Assembly: GCA_043228905.1 (NCBI GenBank) | Contig: JBHGNT010000014.1 | Location: forward strand, 15,376,001-15,440,000 | DNA length: 64,000 nt | Reading direction: 5' to 3' | From: Azolla caroliniana | Lineage: Eukaryota > Plantae > Polypodiophyta | Part shown: positions 52,981-64,000 of the stretch, piece by piece | Layout of the letters: the number at the start of each line of letters is the position of its first letter | How positions within the stretch are numbered: the first letter of the stretch is position 1 | Made by a program: the position numbers and the translations under genes | The notes under the pieces: model-generated | Told to the model about the DNA's origin: nothing | Databases searched by the model: none | What the model saw: only the letters and a program-made list of their open reading frames with translations

Positions 52981-55900
52981 TTAAGTTGGGGCATACCATG
53001 GCCCCACCGTCCCATTCATATGTCCATTTCCATGCATACCAATACCATTACTGCCTAAAGGAGGTAACCCCATAGCCACTGTGGGTGGAGCTGAAAAAAT
53101 ACCGATGGGGGAAGGTAATGTTGAGAGATTAGCTAAAGAATCAAGATGGTTTGTGACCATAACTTCACCAGCTTTCCGTTGCTGTTGTATAACTCGCAAC
53201 TGTCTTAAGCCTTCTTCATGTATGCGAGATAACGTCTCCAGTTCACTCATTGAAAGTGCATCCAAACCAACCCCATAAAGTGGGGCATGGCGTGACATCT
53301 CTTCTTGCAACGATGATTCCAATGTTTGAATGTAAGTCTAAACACAAAACCCACAGTTAACATAACTCAAAATAAACAGCATTTAATTTAAGACATTAAG
53401 CATCATAGAAATGTTATTAACCCTATCAAATTTGGAAATATTAAGATAAACCCAGCAGAATCAACAGATCTGTCCACTAGGAATACATCATTCACAGCAT
53501 TCATGCAACGTTATGGTTTTAAGTTGATAATTTTTGTTCATTGTTGACTTCAAGAGGATTATTCCCATGTAGTATTGCTCACGTGCAGGATGAACTTCAC
53601 AAACCAAAGAGACGGCCTCCTACAATCCAACAGGATGTTAGAGACAGACTATACATTTCAAACCACCTTTCTCAGCCCTTATACCAATTTCCATCCAAGT
53701 TCATAGAATTTATTGCTGGTTTATAGTGCAGTAACACAGTATTGTGAACCCATATTTTGTCATGGATTGCTGAGGTGCTCATCTTTCACAAGCATCTTTT
53801 ACAATCAAAAGATATATAATATTCATTATGAGGCTTCAACGGACTTGACAGCAAACAATCCCATCAAAGTTGCAACCAATAGTGGAGATGAGGTTCAACT
53901 ATATAACTACTCTTGTACTGACTTGAAAATAGGCACATTCACTGTTCATGCCTGTTAATGTTCACTTATGTCTGTCAACTTGTCAAATAGACATGGACAG
54001 AGTACTCTGCTTCAAACATGTTTGGGACTTTGGGACACATAGAACACAGAACACATGTTGGCTCTAAGACCAAATAAACATGGGCACAGAGATTGGTTCT
54101 TAGATCAGCAAATAAACATAGATTGTTGCCATCTTTCCCATATGAAGCTACCAATAACTGAATCGAAGATTAAAACATACTGCAGAATATGTATCTAGAT
54201 GTATTCACGACCCTTACATCAAGGTGCAGCCGTATTAATTGCATTCTATGAGATGGGACTTTCCAAAGTCTTATATACATGGGACATAGACATCCATGAT
54301 CTGCCCACACACGAGATATTGGAGTCTAGAGGCAGTTCATACACTAGCTATGCCACAAAAGTAAATAAATAGCACAAGCACAATGAGATAGCTATGATGG
54401 TTTGGGCTTGGTTGTAAAGCACAATGATTGAACCCTGCATCAATGCTCATACAGCTTTACCACGCCCTATTCATGTAAAACCTAAAATTCACTAGCAGTA
54501 ATGGCGACGGGAGATTGTTGCTTAATTTTGCTATTTCTCAAATTTCACAACATAATTACATTATATCTTTGTTAAAATGACAGCTTAAATTAATGAATAA
54601 TCTAGTACAGAAATATTAATGTAAATGGGCATATACAGTTTTCCAAGTCATAAATAGAATCACACAAATTAAGAAACAATCTAGTAAATAAATATTAAGT
54701 TAATTCCTCCTAAATAAGAAAGTAGTGGTTTGCAAGAGAAAGGAGATTAGAAAGATTCAAACATGTAAAATACAATATCAAATATAGCCAATAACACACC
54801 TTACAAGCATGCAGCTTAGCTTCCATTCCATCAATATATGCTTCACACCTCCTAACTTGCTCCTCCTTTTCCCGAAGTCCCCCTTCTGTTTGCCCTATTG
54901 TTTGAGTTAGACGTCGAACTTCATCCTCTAACGATTGTCTTACCTCTTCATGTGTCACAGTATCATTTGCAAATCGCTTCAGTTCTTCGTCAAACCTTTT
55001 CCGAGCTACTTCTGCATTTTTTAGCCTCTCTGCCAATGCGTTCTTCTCTTTCATTACTCTCTGGCAACAAAAACCACAATTACAGGAGAGCAAGAATAAA
55101 GTAAAGAAATGCAGTGTGAAATATAAATATGATTTTAATATAACCTAATGGGTTTTTATTGGTCTTGAAAACTTTCAGAGACTGCATAGGGTTATCCTCG
55201 GTTACCAACATCAATAATATAAGAACCAGATCCTAGAGTGAAGAGCCACCTCCAACCCACAGAGTTATCCAAGAGATGATAATCTCAACATATTTGGCAC
55301 TTCTGTTAGCAGATTTAAATCACTAGATAATATCCTATTTAATAGAACTAATAGAAATGTATGCACATATATCAAGCAGACAGCAGGTATAGATCAGCTA
55401 CTGTGAAAAGAAAAGCTAGTTCACACCTCTTCAATTCACTACTTTACGCTGGTATCCTCCTCTACATACATAAATCTATGATATAAACAATCAATCATCC
55501 GTATCAATATTGCTCTCTATAGTCACTATGGAATCTAACCCATCGAACGATTATTATGTCTTTTCCTGAATCGTGGGATTCTATTCATCCACAGCCATAA
55601 AAGTGTGTGGATTCTGATTCTTATACAAGAGAACTTAGCCAGGAAAGGACCATAAACATTGGGTAGTCTCGTACAGTCACTCTAGCCTCTTTCTCCATCG
55701 TGTTCCAAATGTAGACCCCCACATCCAACAAATCGATTCAGTCCTTCAATTCTTTGTCAATAAACTCAGCCCTTGCTAGCTCCTCAAAAATCCAATCTTG
55801 GTATTGGGTTGGACGAGACATGGAACACTAGTTTTCATTTTCTAAAGACTCTCCCATTTATTCTTCAAATATTTACTATTCAATCTCTCCTTGACGACTC

Positions 55901-58900
55901 GCAGAGCATGTGCGGAGGAACACGCAACACCTTGAGAACATGATGTTATGACACCAGCGAGGATTAAGGATCCCTCATCAAGAATTAACATAATTACTCT
56001 CAATTAAATGAGGGATTATCAACTACTAGAAGGCAAAAGACTAACTCTTTGACCAACCTATACCTGACCTAAGGCCCATTGGCTGGTTAGATGCATAGAG
56101 CATCCCATACTCTGCAGGAGGCACCTAGAACATATATTGGTTGGAACATGTGAACTTCTGAAGCCCATAAGATCCACCATCAAAGAGGCGGCACTCTTCA
56201 TCCTCAAGGCAATACTGAAATCTGAATGAGACAATGAGCATTCTACACAGAGGTAATAGATCCTACTACAAGGCCATGTGTCCCCTGCTCAGCCACTTGG
56301 GGCATATGCCACTATGAGCCTAGATTTACACATGTTCTCACAACATTACAATTAGTTTCAGATAACTAGGGTACATAGATTCTACTACAAGGCCATGTGT
56401 CCCCTGCTTAGCCACTTGAGGCTTATATGCCACTATGAGCTTAGCTTTACACATGTTCGCACAACATTACAATTAGTTGCAGATAACTACCCTAATTATC
56501 TGTACATACAGCACCATATCAGTGAACCAAGACTGCCCCACTCTCTTACTCATCGTCCTCTACTTTAATGAGCTGGAGTGAGGGGAGATAGGAGCCACAC
56601 TAAGAGAAATGCTAACCTACAAATGGCATTGTTCTAGCTCAGGATACCTCCATGAATCAACTTGTCGAAAATTCAAATGTGTCCAGCTCACCCCAGCAGG
56701 AGAAGCCAAATTAGTATACAGTATTGGTAGTCTCTGGATTGAGACACCTGAAGGGGCCTAAGTAGGAAAAACTATATAGTTATCAGACCCCACAAAATCT
56801 ACATGCCAGTCTGGGGGTAATGCAGCCCTCAAGACGAGAGTATGCATCATATACAGCATACTAATAACCAACAGATAATTTGTTGTAGGACTGGTATTAA
56901 ATCAAGCAATCAGATTTTAAATACATTGTGCTCACCATGTACACCATATGGGGAGCATCTGTTATCATTTGTAGATCACACAGATTGGCCACTTATAAGG
57001 GTCTAGCAGGCCCGTCTGGGGGCAATGCAGCCCCCAAGACCAGATTATGCATCATATACAGCATACTAATAACCAACACATCATTTGGTGTAGGACTGAT
57101 ATTAAATCAAACAATCAGATTTTAAATACGTTGTGCTCACCATGTACATCATACGATCTACTATCATTTATAGAGCACACAGATTAGCCATTTATAAGGG
57201 CCTGGCATGATGGTTAAAATCAAGAGGACTGACATACTTCCTGCTCAGTAGTAAGGGATCTTATACATGGGATGTGATCAAGAGGCCAGGCAGAGTTTCT
57301 GAAGTAGACTCTGTACCTCTCATAAGGAGAGTCAAAGTCCTGTGAACTAGTTGTGTGGGGAACAAGGGCACATTAGGTAACACATTTATCTCTCTTCTAT
57401 TATATGCAGATGACATTGTGAGCATTTCAGGATCGTGAAACGGATCCTAGTGCCAGCTTGACTCACTACAACACTCTTTATTGTAATCAAGATCTTACAA
57501 TGAATCTAGGGAAGAACAAAGTGATGATCTTCAACATCCATGCACCTTGCATCACCTGATTTAGATTAAAGTGTACATTCATGGGTGAGGTGGTGGAGAA
57601 TGTGACCTCATATGTAGACTTAGGAGTCATTTTTGAAGAGCCTAAGTTTGAAATAACAAACGAAGCTGAGGATAGATTGACAAAGGGGTATGCATCATTA
57701 GATGCTTTTCAAAGAAAATGTGCTCAATGCAGTTTCAACAACCTAGGACAAGGCTTTGACTATTCCATAAATTGGCTACACCTGCACTATTTTATGGTCA
57801 CACCTATAGAATTATTCATAAGCAGAGACAGAGGTGAGGTGAACACCAGAAATGTGATAGCCCATTTTAAACTAATGATATTATCCATGATGATGAAAAG
57901 GAGTACTATAGTGTTGACAGACCGGTTTGATGTATCACCTGATTTGGAGTAAGTCACAAAATGACATTCCATTCTTCAAGCTAACTTAGAAGCAGCAACA
58001 ACGGTAACCAAGCCTTTTACATGAGTCTCTCATTCATCATATGTGGGATGCCTTGAGAAATACGTATAGCTCACAGTATCCATGATGATGAAAAGGAGTA
58101 CTATAATGTTGACAGACCGGTTTGATGTATCACATCATTTGGAGTAAAGTCACAAAATGACATTCCATTCTTCAAGCTAACTTAGAAGCAGCAACAACAG
58201 TAACCAAGCCTTTTACATGAGTCTCTCATTCATCATATGTGGGATGCCTTGAGAAATACGTATAGCTCACAGTTCTTTGATTTCTTGATGCTAGTGGCAA
58301 CAGAGGGAGTGCCAGGAGTTTGGTGCTCACAGATGACTACATGGTTCAGTTTCTATTGGCTTGATATCCAACCACTCACGACCATTCCATAAAGTATTGG
58401 AGCGCCTCTTACTCACTTCCCCATAATCAGAGGGAAAAAAATGACTAGGCAATATAATATAAGCCTATGAGAACCCCAGAACAGAGGCGATGGAACTCTC
58501 CCTAAGGTTCTGCAGACACCAGGAGTTACGACTTCAACAGCAGACATCAGGACCTACTTCATACCTCTCAGCCTCCACAAATACTCTACAAAAGGCATTG
58601 GCAATATGTAGTGAGCTTAAGATGTGTTGGAGGGCAAACCACAGAATTTTGCAAATTCAGGCAGCACATCCTAATAGGATACTGAGAGGCCGATATTACA
58701 GCATAATCCTGTGCATCATCTTTCACTTTTGGGATCTCCCTCCACGATCTTTTCATGACTCACAGATTCCTATCATGATGCAGAGACCAGAGACATCTTA
58801 CGATGATCCACAGGGATCTTCTGGCTTCACAGCACTCTTAAGTTACATGTGTCACACAACTCTTTAATAGCCTTGTTCAGTACCTACTACCTGGGTAGCT

Positions 58901-61900
58901 ATTTTAATTTACTTGCTAAATTATTTTGCAGTTTAAAGTTCAGCTCACAGAGTTTTGATAAGATATCATATGATAACATGATTATAACAGCTGTGGGTCT
59001 CATAGAAAATTGTGACCATTTTAGACATATCAATATAGTCTTTCTAAGCATTCCACCTCCAGGCTTGGGAAGCGGTGTCAATAGGCATCTCCTGATGTGG
59101 CATTCTGGGTGTAAGGTTAATGCGGTAGGTATATAAACATAACAGCGTATTTTATAATGGAATTATTTTTGTCATTGACTCAGGAATTGCGAAAATGTTG
59201 TACTTCTTGTATTTTAATATCTCTGGTCCTTTGAAAACACAATTTTCTTGAACACATTGGAAAATGAAGTGAATAAAAAGATGAGTGAAGAACACATCGA
59301 TTAGTAAGCTGCCAGCCTATATGCCTCCATAAACAATTGAGACTCTGCTAGAAAGTAAGATGGCAGAAAATTCCCTAATTAGCTGGTTTTTGTAGCAACT
59401 ATCTCCTAGGCTGTAAATGCCCCAAACAATCTCTTTTAGCAGAAGAGGGTGGTTCCAACAGACAATGGTAACTGAGTGGCCAAGGTCTTCGGTTGGACAC
59501 CATTGAAGAAGACCCCTGCACTCTTGTTAGCATATGGTTAATACTCAGTATATCTCTATGATTGACCACTCAATATGTTTGATGTAGGCATGAAAGATAG
59601 AATTTTGAGAGATGGTGAGGCAGTTTTATTTATCACACCATAGAAGACAAGCAAAGTACAACGCATCAAGAAGTCAATGTAGCAAAATTTCTTGAAGCAC
59701 AGCAACCAATCTGATGGTCAGCTTTTGCAGATAATAGTACAAATATGTTGCTGCTTACTGCTCTGAAACTCCAATATGGGCCACTACAAGATAGAGAGAT
59801 TTCTGAAGCGAGGGAAGCACCTTCAGTGCTGGGTGATATGGACTTTCTTTGTTGATGACAAGTGTGATGGGGTCATGGTCCAGATGATCGTTTCATTTTA
59901 TGGGGCTGATCCACTACAAGATAGAGAGATTTCTGAAGCGAGGGAAGCACCTTCAGTGCTGGGTGATATGGACTTTCTTTGTTGATGACAAGTGTGATGG
60001 GGTCATGGTCCAGATGATCGATTCATTTTATGGGGCTGATCCATGTTCTTTCACAATTCAATTTAATGATATCCATTCAAATAATTATATCATTTTCCAC
60101 TTTTGTCATGTTCAGGTTTGGACAATCCAAGCTATATTCAAATAGGGGGAAGTTCATTTATATTTGTGCCATGTGACTGGCAATTATATCATTTTCCACT
60201 TTAGTCATGTTCAGGTGTGGACAATCCAAGCTATATTCAAATAAGGATGGAATCAACATAGAGGTGAGTTTGAATTACGACCAAAGACAGCTTGAGATCC
60301 AAGTGTGTTGACTGACACAACAAAGGGTAGATTCAAAACTAAATCTAAAACATATAAAGCCTCCCTCAATTAAACTTGAGATCGCCAGAAGAATGTCCCT
60401 TGGTAAACAAGAGTTAAGAGAGTTTCTTCTTCCCAACTTGCAAAAGTGTACAAGGCAATGATCAGCTTGCAAGAGGGTGAGAAGCCTTGTGAGTGGGCTG
60501 TCGGAAATGGGCTCAAAGCAGAATACAAAATAGAAAGGCACAATGGCAAAAGCTACATGGATGAAAGCTACAGGAGAAAATGAGTAAGGGGTTTTTATAT
60601 AGATCCCAACGTAAATTAGTTGATTGGCTATAGGCCTCCCTAAATGGGGGCAGTTTGGTGGGTGTCAGCTTCCAACTCACTCCCCATAATGAGACCAATT
60701 AATTGAGCTACATCTCTACCTAACTCCATAAACAAAACTGTTGACAACTAGCATTGCCAGTAAATGTCCCTAATCAGCTATTTGTCATTGCGATGAATTC
60801 TTGACCTGCAAATATCACTGACAGTCATCACTATATGATTATATTTAGAAGCTCAGGATGACCTTATTCTATGGTTTAATAGCATGGTTTCTCAGTTTGT
60901 CAAATTTTGTAAGTAATTTACTAGGGTAGACAGGAAAACATCATGTGGCCAGATTCAAGACAAAAGACAAAGATGTACTAGTCAGAAAGAAAAGTAACCT
61001 CCTTTGCCAGATACTCTGAATGAGGACTTCTAGGACTTTGTTTTAAAAGTGTAAGAGAATTCACAAGTTCACAGTGCATCTGATAAGCATTGTGCATTTC
61101 TAATAAATTGAATATTCAACACTCTGTTGTCCAAATGTACACTAACAATGGCTACAAATGTGTTCAACCAGAAATTATAACATACCAAGCATACACTCAT
61201 AGGAATCCTCTTTAACATATTTTAAAACCAGGGGTTTAATGATATTTCAAAAATCGAAATACAAGGAACCAAAGAAAAGTTAGAAACACCTTTAGTTCAT
61301 CACGTTTGCGAGATTTCAACTGTGATAGTTGTGCTTCAGCATCACGCAAACGATCCTGATAACTTTTTTTATCAGCATGCAGTCTTGCAACTTCATCTTC
61401 ATGTTCAGAACGAACCCAATCTAATTGGCTCTCTGCCTCACGAAGCCTTTCTGAAAGATCCTTCTTTTCCCGTGACAAGCGATCTACCTCTGCTTTCAGT
61501 TCACACTTCACAAGAAAAAATCAAATCATGAGAAGTTATAGCAGAACTTGACATTGTATATACAGCAAATAAAGAAAAAGAGCTTACTTTTAGGCGAGCC
61601 TGTGCGTTCTCTGCCTCAATATTCTTTTGAGATAGTGCGAGCTTCTCTTTCATGAGGTTGTTTATTTCACCTTGCCTCTCAGTACGAGCCAAGGTAATCT
61701 CCTCCTCACTAGCACGCAGTCGCTGATATAAAGTGGCACGATCTGCATTTGCTAGTTCAACTGCTTCATGCATCATGCACAAAACAGGCCTGGCAGTGCC
61801 TTCTTCTTCTCTAACCAAAAATGTAAGAATATCTATGCCTAACTCCACATCAGCTGGAGTATGAGCATTGTTTGTTACATGCTCTACCAGTCCCCTTAAC

Positions 61901-64000
61901 ATCCGCTCTCTATAACCATCAGCACAATAAACCTTGAACATGACAGCATACAACGTGCTGACAAATTCTCTAACTCGAACATCTCGCGAGAGGGCTAGCA
62001 CTTCGGCCAATCCAAGAACCACAGGGAAATCATCATTTTCAGACATCAAATTACTTTTGGATCCTGCCAAGGATGCCTCTGCACTCTGTAAACCATTCAA
62101 ATGACATCTAGAATCCATGATTAGCCGTTGAGCATGCCGTCTTTCCAAAACCATGACGACAGAGTGCTCACCAAATGCACCTCGAGCTATTGCTCTCTCA
62201 AACACTTGTTGAGCTTCCACTCTTAGACAAGGTATGGTCAGCATTTCTACAAGAATATCAACATCAGCCACCCGCCAGCAAGCTGCTGCCAAGTTTAATT
62301 GTTCAGCTACAGCCCCACCAACATGACCTTCAAACAATATGTTTGTCGTTGGTAATTCCATGTCAGGTTCACTACATTCACAATCTGTGTCAATGTCCCT
62401 TAATAGAGCTTTTGCAACATCCATTTGACTACAAACTGTGCTCCGAACAACATCAAGAACTCTGGGTGATACAGATGGACCCAATTTCTTAAGCCTTTCC
62501 CGAACAGATTTTGCCTGAGAAATGATGTTCTTCGTTAAGATATCAATGCATAATATACAACAACATCATGATAAATAAAGACATGAAGAAATGAAAATGC
62601 ATACAGCCTGCGAAATACGCTGACATTTTGAAGCTGCTTTGAAAGCAAAACTAATGGCAGCAGCAAGAGGTTCATCACTAGAATCAGGAAGGATTTTGAG
62701 AGCCTGATCCATGACAGTCTCCCAAATATTGTTGCCAACCTCCAACTGGCTAAGAGCCCCTAAAAGCTGGAAAGGTAGCAGAGAGTTAGTTCCCACAAAC
62801 TACAAGAGACAGAAATTTGAAGCAACTAAAATGAGAATTATTTAAAAGTAAATTAGAGATAGAGCCAACAAACTGGAAGATGTAAACTAGGTTCCGCTTC
62901 GGGTTGCCGTATGCGGTCAAGTAGTACATCTGCAGCCATGGAGTGTTCAGAAACATCTACAAGTTTTGGCACTAATGCAATAAGATCAGACTGCAGGTGT
63001 TTTGGTGCCTTTTCTAAGACTAATGCTATCTTTTGTGCTGATTGAGGTCTTCTTCGAGGTTCAGGACAACCTTGTGGCACGGCCCCATCCAATGCCCTCA
63101 ATGAATTGACTATCAATCCGAGAAGCTCATCAGATTGTTCTGGCCACTTGGGCTGCAAAATGAAACGAATAGAAAGGAACTAGCTAAATCAATGAAATGT
63201 GTTATTCAAATCATTGGTATAGACACTGTACATTTCACTCTCAACATACCTTAGTAGCAGAAGTATCCCTTTGATTAGATTCCAAGGAGAAGGAACTCTG
63301 ATTGATAGGACCTTTTGAAGTCTGCAACTCTACACCTGTTAAATCATTGTTTCCTACTGCTTGAGTTGCCATCATAACATCAAGTTCATTGTCCAGCCTC
63401 TGAATAGGAGAAGATTGAGCAACAGTATCTGGTGCAGCAGTCTCAAAAGCCCTCCATGCAAAAGAGTTCTTCACACCTAAATTGCTTGTATCTGGTATCA
63501 TTGTCCTTGGCTTGGTATCTACAAACTCCTCGTTATTGGACGGTTGGCAACACTCCACCATGATGTCAAGCAGTAAGTCTGCAATAGCTTGCTGGAGAAC
63601 CTTAACACCCATTAACAAGTTCATTAAACTTGGGGAAGTAGCCTCTCCCTTTGCATTGCCTTTTTTAGACCCAGTACTATTGTATGCTGTGGACAATTTT
63701 GTGGGGAGAAGCAATCTTTTAACTTTGGCCGGGTCATCAAGGTACACCCGCAAACCAGTCAGAAAAGCTGCAATAGCTCCTGCATCCATCAACAATTTCT
63801 CTCTGAGAGTGACCTGCAACTGTGATGGATCCAAAAGCAGTGGTGGGTTGTCACCATAACTTAGATGAAATCCAGCTCGTGCTAACAGGTTTCTGAATAT
63901 ATCCTCCTCATCACCACTCATACCCTCACTATCATCAGAGTCCAACAATTCATCAGGGTCTGTCGAGATTGCATCTTGCTCATCATCTGAAACCATCACC
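52981..64000 (-). CDS. MATH/TRAF-domain large coiled-coil protein, C-terminal part (5' end beyond window)
   Basis: Exons 63250->64000, 62874-63152, 62605-62766, 61588-62514, 61290-61505, 54800-55060, 52981-53337, in frame. Motifs EEDIFRNLLARAGFHLSYGDNP, QVTLREKLLMDAGAIAAFLTGLRVYLDDPAKVKRLLLPTK, KWPEQSDELLGLIVNSLRALDGAVPQGCPEPRRRPQSAQKI, LQEEMSRHAPLYG match the plant TRAF-like family (At2g25320-type, from memory). The MATH domains themselves are not in the window. Confidence 0.88.
56263..58272. repeat. Three local tandem duplications (~115, ~205, ~195 bp)
   Basis: CTACTACAAGGCCATGTGTCCCCTG pair (~56263/56382); GTCTGGGGG.AATGCAGCCC pair (~56809/57014); ATCCATGATGATGAAAAGGAGTACTATA pair (~57883/58078). 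Confidence 0.88.
56550..58870 (+). mobile_element. Decayed non-LTR (LINE) retrotransposon in the 6.2 kb intron, antisense to host
   Basis: LLYADDIV (~57397-57420), NLGKNKVMIF (~57503-57532), GEVVENVTSYVDLGVIF (ORF 57581) are LINE RT motifs; frame broken; boundaries uncertain. Confidence 0.75.
59781..60243. repeat. 130 bp near-exact tandem duplication followed by a ~98 bp pair
   Basis: CCACTACAAGATAGAGAGAT at 59781 and 59911; AATTATATCATTTTCCACTTT...GCTATATTCAAATA at ~60084 and ~60182. Confidence 0.9.

Noticed and set aside
60306-60746. Possible solo LTR on the minus strand
   Set aside because: TG/CA ends and a TATA-like motif are plausible, but terminal inverted repeats and TSD do not match.

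Overview
AT-rich land-plant nuclear DNA with spliceosomal genes; a seed-free lineage such as a fern or lycophyte is my inference from protein divergence and repeat style, not proven. Gene order: exocyst SEC8 (+, ~25 exons, 5' end upstream of the window), actin (+), Arp2/3 subunit ARPC4 (-, eight small exons, no complete ORF in the supplied track), a divergent CYP73/C4H-type P450 (+), a nested retroelement stack (L1-type LINE 3' end, two related LTR-derived inserts, decayed Ty3/gypsy), an atypical short-chain dehydrogenase (+), and the 3' part of a MATH/TRAF-type coiled-coil gene (-) with a LINE-filled 6.2 kb intron. There is also a young Mutator-like MITE with a perfect 9-bp TSD, and many intronic minisatellites and local tandem duplications. 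Best leads: the CYP73 paralogue with altered substrate-recognition residues (next intact gene is the SDR), a GC-rich structured island in a SEC8 intron, the SEC8-actin-ARPC4 neighbourhood, and LTRs carrying tRNA-like heads. None can be confirmed as a new system from sequence alone.
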